Shown: positions 43,525 to 53,957 of the stretch, piece by piece
How positions within the stretch are numbered: position 1 is the first letter of the stretch
How the letters are laid out: each line of letters begins with the position of its first letter
From: Candidatus Sumerlaeia bacterium
GTDB taxonomy: Bacteria > Sumerlaeota > Sumerlaeia > SLMS01 > JANRJK01
Assembly (NCBI GenBank): GCA_033764015.1
Contig: JANRJK010000002.1
Location: forward strand, 1-64,000
DNA length: 64,000 nucleotides
Direction of reading: 5' to 3'
The notes under the pieces: generated by a model
What the model saw: only the letters and a program-made list of their open reading frames with translations
Database searches by the model: none
What the model was told of the DNA's origin: nothing
Made by a program: the position numbers and the translations under genes

Positions 43525-44831
43525 GCGGGAACGGCGCGCCGTGCACGGGCGGGCGTCTCGCGGACGCGCATGGAGTCAGGCGCCTTTCGGGCATAAAGAT
43601 AAGTCGCAAAGGCGCAGGCCGCGAAAAAGACGAATTGCGAGGATGCCCATGCGACATGGTGCGTGACCAAGTGCATTCCGTGCACCACCATGGCGGGATA
43701 AATCATGGTCGCGACGGGATAACCGGGGCTTTTCGCAACCTCCCAGAAGTAGCGGTAGAAGCGCGCGTAAAGTGCGAACAGGAGTGCTCCGAAAAACCAG
43801 AACTGCTTGTACGCCGTGTACGCCCCGGTGAGCGTCAGGCCGGTGGTCAATTGCAGCTCGACCGCGGATCGCAATTCCGTCGAGTCGGGTTCCGCGCCAA
43901 ACTCGAGCAGCAGCGCCTCCTTGCGTTCGCGGCCCACGAACTGCGCCGGGATGTAGAAGCCCACGACCTGGTTCCAGAAAAGGGAGCCGTACTCCCAGCG
44001 GCCACTCTCGGTGGCGGCCTGCATGAGGTGGAATCCGTACTCCGTTTCGGAGGCGTTGTCCCCCGCGCCCGCAGCCTCGCGGGCGAGTCCGGCCCCGAGG
44101 TCGATCTTCGCCAGTTCCGCCAGTGTGACCTCGCGGTCCTCCAGCGCGGCGCGGTACGCCGGAATCGCGAAGATGAACAGCACGCCGGCGAGCGTGCCCG
44201 CGATCAGGAGCGTCCTGGTGGGGCGCCAGCCGCGCACGATGTGAAGCGCCAACGCTCCGCTGAGCAGCATCGTGAACGTCATCGCGCGACGGCCGAACAC
44301 CACTTGGGGGAGCGGCCCCGCTAGCGCGACCGCCAGGGCCAACGCCGTGGCCCACTGCGGCCGCCGCAGGTAGAGCAACGCGCAGAGCGCCACCGCCGGC
44401 ACCCCAACGGTCGCCACGAACGAGTAGCGCAGGATCGAGCCGGTCCACTGGCTGCTCCAGTAGTCCGGGTGCGTGCGGACCTTGTAGAAGAAGTAGGCGC
44501 CGACCGCTCCCATCACGAGGGCCGCGTGGAAGAGCCTCCGCCAGTCGGTCTCCGGCCGGAACCACGCCAGCGCGGCGGCGGTGGGCGCGCCGCGGTAGCC
44601 GAGCCCGCACGCGGCCGCGCACAGGCACAGCATCAGGAGCCCCCGCTGGAGGACTTCCGGCTGCATCGCGTCGGGGTCCGAGAGCAGCGCCAGCACCTGC
44701 GGCCCTTGGAAGCCGAGGAACGCCGCGCCCATGAAGAAGGGGAACTCGAAGCAGCGCGCGGGATCGCGGACGGCGGGCCACACGAGCAGCGCGCAGACCC
44801 CGAAGAACGCGAGCGCGAGGAGCAGCGTCAC
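43521..44831 (-). CDS. Polysaccharide polymerase-like (Wzy) membrane protein
   Basis: Multi-TM protein with a large C-terminal loop, translationally coupled to the GT genes; call rests on topology and context. Confidence 0.6.
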   Translation of the reverse strand: MTLLLALAFFGVCALLVWPAVRDPARCFEFPFFMGAAFLGFQGPQVLALLSDPDAMQPEVLQRGLLMLCLCAAACGLGYRGAPTAAALAWFRPETDWRRLFHAALVMGAVGAYFFYKVRTHPDYWSSQWTGSILRYSFVATVGVPAVALCALLYLRRPQWATALALAVALAGPLPQVVFGRRAMTFTMLLSGALALHIVRGWRPTRTLLIAGTLAGVLFIFAIPAYRAALEDREVTLAELAKIDLGAGLAREAAGAGDNASETEYGFHLMQAATESGRWEYGSLFWNQVVGFYIPAQFVGRERKEALLLEFGAEPDSTELRSAVELQLTTGLTLTGAYTAYKQFWFFGALLFALYARFYRYFWEVAKSPGYPVATMIYPAMVVHGMHLVTHHVAWASSQFVFFAACAFATYLYARKAPDSMRVRETPARARRAVPA

Positions 44832-44838
44832 GCCGCCC

Positions 44839-45336
44839 TCACTCCTCCGGGTCCGCGGGGGCGATGCTCATGTAGGGCGGCAGCGGGAACGACTGCGCCA
44901 ACTGGCCGAACGCGAGCGTCCTCGCCATCACCGTGGCACCGTAGGAGAAGCCGCAGCCGTTGAACTCGAGGCGCACGTCCCCGCCGCCGAGCTCGACCAG
45001 CGACTGGCCGATGATCTCTGCGTACATCTCCGGCGTGTTCACAAGCACTCCCACCGGGATCGCCACGCAGTCGGCGCGCTCCTCCGCCTTGCCGGGAAGC
45101 AGGCCGTCCGGCGGGCAACCCGCCCGCTGCGCGCGCAGCAGGAAGGCTTCGAGAAGGTCCTCCGCGGCGCAGCGGTCCTTCGCGCGGATTTCGAGGCGGC
45201 GCTTCATCCAGTCGAAGTCGAACGCCGCATTCACCTTCTTGCCGTCGCGCGACTCGGCGGTTTCCCGGAGTGCGCGGAACAGCTCGGACGGGCCGAAGCT
45301 GCTGGCGAGGCGCCAGTACTTGCGGGGCGCGCTCAT
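44839..45336 (-). CDS. Hypothetical protein, possibly a highly divergent YajQ-like protein
   Basis: 165 aa from MSAPRKYW; ATGA overlap with the upstream gene; pattern similarity to YajQ by eye. Confidence 0.55.
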   Translation of the reverse strand: MSAPRKYWRLASSFGPSELFRALRETAESRDGKKVNAAFDFDWMKRRLEIRAKDRCAAEDLLEAFLLRAQRAGCPPDGLLPGKAEERADCVAIPVGVLVNTPEMYAEIIGQSLVELGGGDVRLEFNGCGFSYGATVMARTLAFGQLAQSFPLPPYMSIAPADPEE

Positions 45337-47057
45337 GGGTTCCCCCGCGAGAGAGCCCGACGCGAAGCCGCGTCTGCGAACGGCGCCAGCAGCGCGTCGA
45401 TCTCCTCGCGGAGTCGGCTGGCGGAGCCGATGGCCTCGCCGGAGACGGCGAAGTCGAGGCGCGGCAGGTCCCGCAGGCGGCCTTCCAGGTACGCCAGCTC
45501 GATCTGCTGCCGCACGGCGGGAAGCAGCTCCTTCGCGCGCTCCGCCGCGGGCGTGTCCTCGTAGTTGCGGAGGATCGTCCGCAGGTGTTCGAGCGCGCCG
45601 GAGAATTCCGCCAGGTAGTAGGCGCGCTCCGCCTGCTGGTACTCGACCTCGGCGAGGTACGGGCGGCGCTTCTCCTCCGTCTCGAGGCCGTCCTCGGAGA
45701 GCTTGGCGAGGCGCTCCGCCTCCCGCGCGACGGCGCTGCGGCGCCCTTCCCGCGCGAGGATCAGCGCGGCCAGGCGCCCCGCCTCGCGCAGGTCGCCCGC
45801 GTCGTACCGCTCCAACGCGTGCTCCAGCCGCGCCGTGTCCTGCGCGTCGCGGACCAGCACGAGCTGGGCGACGGCGAGTTCGCGCATCGTCTCGTTCTTC
45901 GTGGACTCCAGGAAGAGCGGCTCCGCCTCCTCGAGCAGGCCGTTCGCGGCGCACCAGAGGGCGAGTTCGAAGAGCGCGAGGGGATTCCCCCGGTCCGTCT
46001 CCGCTTCGCGGCGCAGGTACTCGACGCGCACCGCGAGCTCCGCCAGCTCCGGCGTCCGGCGGCCCAGCTCGACGGCGTTCACCGTGTACCAGGCTCCTTC
46101 CACATCGTTGCGGTCGAGGTACCACCGGACCTCGCGGGCGAAGAGGTCGAGCTCGGCCTCCTCCGCGTCCGTGGGGAACCGGTCGCGGGCGAGCGCGGCG
46201 ACGGCGCGGGCGTCCGCGTGGGTGCCGTCGCGGTCCGCCGTGGTGCGGAGCGAGGCCAGCAGCAGCGCCGCGCGGTTGCGCGCGACCTCCGGCACGGCGT
46301 CGGCCAGCTCGCCGGTGAGTAGCCGCATCGCCTCGTCGGCCCGCCCCGAGTCGCGCGCGTCCGCGGCCTGCGCCAGGAGCGCGAGCGGACGCGCGCGGAA
46401 CGCGCCCGCGTCCACGATCTCGTCCAGCCCGGAGGCGAGTTCGATCGCCTCGCCGAAGCGCGCGGACTGCGCGAGCCGGCGCACCTCGTCGAGCAGCACG
46501 CGCCTCGCCCAGTCGCGGTCGATGGGCCGGCCCTCGAACCACCCGGGCGCGATGCGTCGCACCTGTGCGGCGGCGTGCTCGATGTCGCCCGACTGGAAGA
46601 GCACCTGCGCGATGAAGAGGCGCAGTTCGTCCGGCAGCGGGTCCTCCGCCGCGAGATCCCGGAGCGCGAGGCGGTAGGCGATGGCGTCGTTGCCGGCGAG
46701 GGCGGTCGCGCGCTCCATGAGCCGGAAGGAGTTGCGGAGGAACAGGCGCGAAAGCTCCTCCGCGTCGCCGCCCCCGCGGAGGCGGAGCGTCGCGGCCTCG
46801 ACGGCGCGGACGGGGTCGCCGCCGCGGAGCTGCGCCTCGAGCTCGGCCAACCCCGCGCCCGCGTCCTCCGCGGCGTCGATCCGCACGATGTCCGATTCGC
46901 GGAGTTGGATGATGCTGCCGCCGGAGCGGACGCGCACCTTCCCGTCGGAGCGCGAAAGGATGTAGCCCTGGATCGGCGGGCCGACCTTGCGGTGGATCAC
47001 GTCCGCCGGAGCGGTCGCGGCGAGCAGGAGCAGTGCAAGGGTGGCGGCGCGCGTCAC
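45333..47057 (-). CDS. Secreted TPR-like helical repeat protein
   Basis: Signal peptide ending APA-DVIH; ELALWC..NGL; YEDTPAAERA C-terminal TPR. Confidence 0.75.
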   Translation of the reverse strand: MTRAATLALLLLAATAPADVIHRKVGPPIQGYILSRSDGKVRVRSGGSIIQLRESDIVRIDAAEDAGAGLAELEAQLRGGDPVRAVEAATLRLRGGGDAEELSRLFLRNSFRLMERATALAGNDAIAYRLALRDLAAEDPLPDELRLFIAQVLFQSGDIEHAAAQVRRIAPGWFEGRPIDRDWARRVLLDEVRRLAQSARFGEAIELASGLDEIVDAGAFRARPLALLAQAADARDSGRADEAMRLLTGELADAVPEVARNRAALLLASLRTTADRDGTHADARAVAALARDRFPTDAEEAELDLFAREVRWYLDRNDVEGAWYTVNAVELGRRTPELAELAVRVEYLRREAETDRGNPLALFELALWCAANGLLEEAEPLFLESTKNETMRELAVAQLVLVRDAQDTARLEHALERYDAGDLREAGRLAALILAREGRRSAVAREAERLAKLSEDGLETEEKRRPYLAEVEYQQAERAYYLAEFSGALEHLRTILRNYEDTPAAERAKELLPAVRQQIELAYLEGRLRDLPRLDFAVSGEAIGSASRLREEIDALLAPFADAASRRALSRGNP

Positions 47058-48127
47058 CGGAGCGCCTCCGCGCGGGCGACGCCGCGCAGTTGCGCCGCCG
47101 CGATCGCCGCGCACAGCGCGAGCGAGGCGCCCGTCAGCAGCAGCGGCGTCCGGAGGAATTCCGCGAGGCGCGCCAGCGCGACCGCCCCAAGAGAGGCTGT
47201 CGCGAGGAAGGGCAGGTACCAGTCCATGGTCCGCGCGTGGTCGCCGCCGGTCGCGATCAGATGCCGCTGGTAAAGGTTCGACCGGTGCGGACGCCACACC
47301 GCCTCGCCGCGGAGCGCGCGGCGCAGCATCGTGAAGCCGATGTCGAAGAGGCCGGGAAACACGAGCAGCAGATACACCGCCGGCGGAACAGGATGCTGCC
47401 CCCCCCGCATCAGCGATGCGAGCAGCAGGCAGGCGATCATGGCTCCGATGGCATGCGCCCCGCAATCGCCGAGAAAGGTTTTCGCATCGCCAAGATTGAA
47501 CAGCAGGAACGCCATGCAGGCCCCGCAGAGCGCCCCGGCCACGGCGCAGAGCGCGCCCATGCCCGCGTGTCCCGCGTGCGCAAGCAGCAGCCCCAGCGCC
47601 GCGAGCTGCCCGATCCGCCCCGCCATCCCGTTGATCCCGTCCATGAAGTTGACCATGTTCATCAAGGCGAAGACGACCGCGGCCGCCAGCAGCGCGTTCA
47701 CGAGCGGCGGCAAGCCCGCGGGGAGCACGGCGGGCGCCAGCCCGAGCGCCGGCGCCAACGCGGATACCGCCAGCAGCGCGGCGAGCTTGGGCAGCGGCCC
47801 GAGGCTCCGCAGGTCATCCCACAGGCCGACCGCGAACGCGGCCGCCGTGGTGGCGAAGACCGCGGCCCAGGGCAGCGGTACCGCCACCGCTCCGGGCGCT
47901 TCGCCCAGCGCCGGAAAGAGTAACGGCAGCGGGGCCACCGCGGCGATGCCCGCCGCGACGCCTACACCGCCGAGCCGCGGGGTGGGGACCGTGTGGCTGC
48001 TGCGCTCGTTCGCGTGGTCCAACCCCGCGCCGCGACGCGCCCAGGCGATGGCGAGGCGCGTCGCCGGCACCGCCGCCATATAGGCGAGCAGCGCCGCCGC
48101 CAATGCGCACGCGAGCATCAGCCCCAT
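47054..48127 (-). CDS. MraY/WecA-family undecaprenyl-phosphate HexNAc-1-P transferase
   Basis: RSSHTVPTPRLGG, GLWDD, NMVNFMDGING, FLGDCG, PHRSNLYQ. Confidence 0.9.
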   Translation of the reverse strand: MGLMLACALAAALLAYMAAVPATRLAIAWARRGAGLDHANERSSHTVPTPRLGGVGVAAGIAAVAPLPLLFPALGEAPGAVAVPLPWAAVFATTAAAFAVGLWDDLRSLGPLPKLAALLAVSALAPALGLAPAVLPAGLPPLVNALLAAAVVFALMNMVNFMDGINGMAGRIGQLAALGLLLAHAGHAGMGALCAVAGALCGACMAFLLFNLGDAKTFLGDCGAHAIGAMIACLLLASLMRGGQHPVPPAVYLLLVFPGLFDIGFTMLRRALRGEAVWRPHRSNLYQRHLIATGGDHARTMDWYLPFLATASLGAVALARLAEFLRTPLLLTGASLALCAAIAAAQLRGVARAEALR

Positions 48128-48217
48128 CGGGGGCCGCCGCCGGAAATCGCGCTTGAAGGGAAGTGCCCCCCGCGCGAACCATACGACAACAGCCTGTCGC
48201 CACGCCGGGAGCGGACC

Positions 48218-48847
48218 ATGCAGGAACAACGCGCCTTCACCCTGATCGAACTCCTCGTTGTGGTCAGTGTGCTTGCCATTCTCGCCGCCATCGCGCTGCC
48301 GAACTTCCTCGAGGCGCAAACCCGGGCCAAGGCGAGCCGCGTGCTCGCCGACTTCAGCGCGCTCCGCACCGCCGCCGAAGCCTACCACGTGGACCAGAAC
48401 CGCTACCCCCGCATGACGTGGGGCGCCGATCCGTACTTCGACGCCTACACCGGCTACGACCGCGTGGACGAGCCGATCTGGGGCACCATGGGATACTGGA
48501 TCACCACGCCCACCGCGTACATCACCAAGTTCGACATCCTCGACCCCTTCACGCGCGGCAAGGACATCCGCTTCGACGCGATCCTCTACACCTACCACGA
48601 CCTCCGCACCATCCGGTACGTCGAGCAGTTCAACCAGTACGACGTCCCCTCGCGGGAGTATGTCGAGCAGGAGCTGGGCGAGTACTTCTTCCTCTCGCTG
48701 GGGCCGGACGGCGACTCGGGTTCGCGCGGGGCGTTCGCGTTCTTCCTGCCTTACGACCCGACGAACGGCAGCGCCAGCGAAGGGAACATCATCCGCGGCC
48801 AGAAGCGCTGGTCCGAGGCGAACAAAACCCCGACCGGACTGTTCTGA
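48218..48847 (+). CDS. Prepilin-type N-terminal cleavage/methylation domain protein
   Basis: AFTLIELLVVV...IALPNFLEAQTRAK; SLGPD; YDPTNGSASEGNI. Confidence 0.9.
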   Translation: MQEQRAFTLIELLVVVSVLAILAAIALPNFLEAQTRAKASRVLADFSALRTAAEAYHVDQNRYPRMTWGADPYFDAYTGYDRVDEPIWGTMGYWITTPTAYITKFDILDPFTRGKDIRFDAILYTYHDLRTIRYVEQFNQYDVPSREYVEQELGEYFFLSLGPDGDSGSRGAFAFFLPYDPTNGSASEGNIIRGQKRWSEANKTPTGLF

Positions 48848-48851
48848 AGGG

Positions 48852-49364
48852 CTATTCGGCGCCGCGGCGCAACTTGGCCCGCATCATCGCGGTCACCTTG
48901 CGGTTCATGGTCCGCAGCCGCCTCGCCAGCACCGCCGCGAGGTTCCGGTAGAGCCGCATCCCCTGGATCGGGTGCAGCCGCGTCACCGCCTCGATGTCCG
49001 TGATCGTGGTGCGCAGCAGGACGCACCGCTCGATGGCCACCACGGAAGCGCTCCGCTCCGCCCCGTCGATGAGGGACATCTCGCCGATCGCCGCGCCCGG
49101 CCCCAGCCGTGTGATGCCCACCTCGAAGTGCGGCGCGATCGACTCGATCTGCACGCCCGCCAGCCCGTCCACGAGGAAGAACACGTCGATGCCGCGCTCG
49201 CCCTCCGCCATCAGCACATCGCCGGGCTCGGCGCCCTCCAGGTGGCAGCGGTAGGCCACCTCGAGGATGAAGTCCTGGTCGAGTCCCTCGAAGACGAGCA
49301 TGTGCGCCAGGTGCTCGGCGTACTTGCGGCGCTCCGCCTCGGGGATCGGGTGGGCCTCGGACAT
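48852..49364 (-). CDS. Stand-alone cyclic nucleotide-binding domain protein
   Basis: GEMSLIDGAERSASVVA; LARRLR C-helix; no HTH. Confidence 0.85.
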   Translation of the reverse strand: MSEAHPIPEAERRKYAEHLAHMLVFEGLDQDFILEVAYRCHLEGAEPGDVLMAEGERGIDVFFLVDGLAGVQIESIAPHFEVGITRLGPGAAIGEMSLIDGAERSASVVAIERCVLLRTTITDIEAVTRLHPIQGMRLYRNLAAVLARRLRTMNRKVTAMMRAKLRRGAE

Positions 49365-49371
49365 CGGTCGG

Positions 49372-50740
<1,369 letters not shown>

Positions 50741-50859
50741 GGAATAGGTCACCACTACATCTATTCTCCCCGCGCCGCCGCAATCAACCCGAGGTTGCCA
50801 TTGCGGGGACCGCCGCGCCGTTGGACGATCAGGGCGAATCGTTCCGGGAAAGGCCACAC

Positions 50860-53040
50860 ATGCCGCTTCGCCACACCATCGCCGCCGCCCTCGCGGCCAT
50901 CACGACCTTCTGCCACGCCGCGGCGGAGCTGCCCCAGGCGCCCGCCGCCGCCCTCAACGGGCACCCGATCGCGACGCTCGCGGCGCGCGCCGGGGGAGCG
51001 CCGCTGCGCGGGGGCGATGTGGTGCTGCTCACCTCCGGCGCGCGGGCGCTCCTCGCCGCCAAGGGGCCGGGCGTGTCGCCGCGCGACGCCGTCGCCGGGA
51101 CCGGGTTCGAGTGGCTGGCCCCGGTCGGCAAGGATGCCGCGCTCCTGCGGGTGGACCACCAGCCCATCGCCGCGCGGAGTGGCCTCGCGCTGGCGCCCCT
51201 CACGCCGGAGCTCCGTGTCCACCGCGAGTTGGAGGCGCATCTAGCCGCGCCCAACGAGGATACGCTGGCGCTCGTGCTGACCGTCGAGGGCGACGCCGAG
51301 GATTACGCCGAGGACGTCGGCCGCCGGCTCCCCCCCGGAGTCCACATCACCGGCGCCGCGCAGCGCGGCGGGCTGGGCCGCCTCGGCGTGGAAGTCGCCC
51401 CCGGCGCGCTGTCGGCGGCGGTCGAGCGCTTCGCGACCGAGTCCCGCGTGGTGACGATCATGGGTGGCGGGGGAGCGAAGCTGCTGAACATCAGCGCCAA
51501 GCGGATCGTCCAATCGGGCGACGCGAGCGCGGTCGGCGACACCCTCTGGGCCCGGGGCCTCTACGGCGACGGACAGATCGTGGCGATCCTGGACACCGGC
51601 GCGGACTACCGGAACTGCTACCTCTCGGAGGGCGAGACCGACGCGACGCCTCCGCCGGTGAACCAGGGGTTCGGGGCGGGCGCCTCCACGCCGGACCTGT
51701 CGCGGCGCAAGATCATCTCCTACAACATGCTCCACGCGGGCGACAACCCGGCGAACGGCGCCTCGGCCTACGACAACCAAGGGCACGGCACCTACGTCGC
51801 CGGCAACGTCGGCGCCAGCGCCGCCTCCGCGCCGTTCGATCCGGTGGTGCGCAACGGTCCCGCGCCCGCCGCCAAGTTCGTCATCCAGGACGGCGGCTTC
51901 ACCACGCTCGACGATTGTTCCGACCTCGCGGCGCTCGGCTGCCCGGTGATCGACCTCACCACGACGGTAGAGCAGGCCTACGCCCAGGGCGCCCGCATCC
52001 ACAACAACTCCTGGGGCGACCGCGAGAACTTCAATCCCCAGAACACCTACACCGCGATCTGCGTCGACTTCGACGACATGGTCTGGCGAAACCCGGACTT
52101 CCTGATCGTCTGCGCGGCGGGCAACTCCGCATCGCTCGGCAACGGATCCGTCGGCAGCCCTTCGGTCGCGAAGAACGTGCTCTCCATCGCCGGCACGCAG
52201 AATCCGAACCTCAACACGATCATCAGCTTCAGCAGCATCGGCTGGGCGGACGACGGGCGCATCAAGCCCGACCTCGCCGCGCCCGCCTCGACCTCGACGT
52301 CGCGACCAAACAGCACCTACTCCGATCCGGCGGTCCACTGCCTCGTCTCCACGGTCCAAGGCACCAGCATGGCCTCGCCCATGTCCGCCGGGGCCGCGGC
52401 CCTGGTGCGCGAGTACTTCGCCAAGGGATGGTACCCGGGCGGCGCGCCGGAAGCGGCGGACGAGTATCCCACCCCCTCCGCCGCCCTCGTGAAGGCGGTC
52501 ATGGTGAACGGCGCCATCCGCGTGGCGAACGAGCCGGTCGCGCCTTCTCGCAGGCAGGGCTGGGGACGGGTCATGCTCGAGGAGGCGCTCTACTTCGCGG
52601 GCGAGGCCCGCCGCCTCGTGGTCGCCGACCGCCTCGCCGAGTTCGACGACGAGACCGATCCCGTCTTCGAACTCGAGCTGTCCTCCAGCGGCAACGCCGC
52701 GGGGGGCAACTTCACGGTGACGCTCGCCTACACCGACTACCCGGCGCTCGCCGGGGCGGTGCCGGCGCTCGTGAACGACCTCGACCTCGAGGTGGAGTCG
52801 CCCAGCGGAACCGTCTACCGCGGCAATGTGTTCGACGGCGCCGGCCTGAGCGCCACCGGCGGCGCCGCGGACTCCCTGAACAACGTCGAGAAAGCGGTCC
52901 TGCCCATCGCCGCCGGGGTGTGGAAGGTCCGAGTGCGTCCCAGCACCATCATCGAGCCCGGGCAGGGCTTCGCCCTTTCGGTGCTTGGGGATGTGGTGCC
53001 TTCTTCCGGCGCCGATGTGTCGGGTTGGTCGCTTTACTGA
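50860..53040 (+). CDS. Secreted S8 (subtilisin-like) serine peptidase
   Basis: Triad ILDTG, GHGTYVAG, GTSMASP; AAGNS; LVNDLDL/NNVE C-terminal domain; ends ADVSGWSLY. Confidence 0.93.
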   Translation: MPLRHTIAAALAAITTFCHAAAELPQAPAAALNGHPIATLAARAGGAPLRGGDVVLLTSGARALLAAKGPGVSPRDAVAGTGFEWLAPVGKDAALLRVDHQPIAARSGLALAPLTPELRVHRELEAHLAAPNEDTLALVLTVEGDAEDYAEDVGRRLPPGVHITGAAQRGGLGRLGVEVAPGALSAAVERFATESRVVTIMGGGGAKLLNISAKRIVQSGDASAVGDTLWARGLYGDGQIVAILDTGADYRNCYLSEGETDATPPPVNQGFGAGASTPDLSRRKIISYNMLHAGDNPANGASAYDNQGHGTYVAGNVGASAASAPFDPVVRNGPAPAAKFVIQDGGFTTLDDCSDLAALGCPVIDLTTTVEQAYAQGARIHNNSWGDRENFNPQNTYTAICVDFDDMVWRNPDFLIVCAAGNSASLGNGSVGSPSVAKNVLSIAGTQNPNLNTIISFSSIGWADDGRIKPDLAAPASTSTSRPNSTYSDPAVHCLVSTVQGTSMASPMSAGAAALVREYFAKGWYPGGAPEAADEYPTPSAALVKAVMVNGAIRVANEPVAPSRRQGWGRVMLEEALYFAGEARRLVVADRLAEFDDETDPVFELELSSSGNAAGGNFTVTLAYTDYPALAGAVPALVNDLDLEVESPSGTVYRGNVFDGAGLSATGGAADSLNNVEKAVLPIAAGVWKVRVRPSTIIEPGQGFALSVLGDVVPSSGADVSGWSLY

Positions 53041-53888
53041 GCGGCCGGGGCGGCCGGCTTCTCGCGCCGCCAGAAGTAGTGGAATCCACGGGGTAGCACG
53101 CCGCGGTCCGTCGGTGTGCGCCCTTGCCACGTCGACTTCTTCACGAACCCCAGGTACGCCGAGGCGACGGCGGACTGCTCCGGAGACAGCTCCCCCTGCG
53201 CGGCGAGTAGTGCCGCGACGTCGACGAAGTACCGCCGCGCGGCGGTGGCGGCGAAGCGCGCCATCTGCATCCCGGGCGCCAAGTCGGCGTCCTGCGTCGC
53301 GGTCCCTGCGAGCATCCCCGCCAGCGGCGCCGCCGACGCCTCCGCCAGCGCGGCGTCGAGCCCGCGGCGCAAGGGCGGGTAGCCCGCCGGGAGCACGAGC
53401 ATGGCGTAGGACCGCTCCTCCGCGAGATGTTGTCCCAGCGAGCGCAGGAGCACGCGCCAAGCGAACGGCACCGCGGCCGCCTCGGCGACCGGCTCCTCCG
53501 CGGTGCGCCGGTCCATGACCACCAGGAAGGTGCGCACCTCAAGCTGTAGAAAAACCCGAAGCGAGGCGGTTAGGTAAGCCCGGCTCCAATCCGTCCCCGC
53601 GTTGCGCGGCCTCATCAGGTCCGGCGCGCAGAGGCTCAGGGAGGAGGCTGGAGCCTCGGCGGGCTTGCGGAACGCGCGGTTCACGCCCGCGAGGCGCCGC
53701 TGGAGGCCGCGCATGTGGCGGGCGGCGATCGAGGCGCCCGCCAACGCCCACACCGGCGACCCCTGCGGATCGGCGAGCTTGCCGGATTGCTGGAAGAATA
53801 CGAACCGCAACACTCCACCTCCGGCCCGGCGGCTCTTCGAGCGCCCGGCGGGTCGCCCGGCCGCGTCCGGCGCCGGGGTGTCGTTCAC
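53034..53888 (-). CDS. DUF3800-like protein with degenerate acidic motifs
   Basis: FVFFQQSG...WALAG and PGMQMARFAA resemble the DUF3800 motifs xDESG and QxAD. Confidence 0.5.
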   Translation of the reverse strand: MNDTPAPDAAGRPAGRSKSRRAGGGVLRFVFFQQSGKLADPQGSPVWALAGASIAARHMRGLQRRLAGVNRAFRKPAEAPASSLSLCAPDLMRPRNAGTDWSRAYLTASLRVFLQLEVRTFLVVMDRRTAEEPVAEAAAVPFAWRVLLRSLGQHLAEERSYAMLVLPAGYPPLRRGLDAALAEASAAPLAGMLAGTATQDADLAPGMQMARFAATAARRYFVDVAALLAAQGELSPEQSAVASAYLGFVKKSTWQGRTPTDRGVLPRGFHYFWRREKPAAPAAQ

Positions 53889-53957
53889 ATCATAAGGAAA
53901 TGACCGTGCGCGAACGCACGGCCACGGGCAAAAGGAAAGCGGTTGCGGAGGAAGCGC

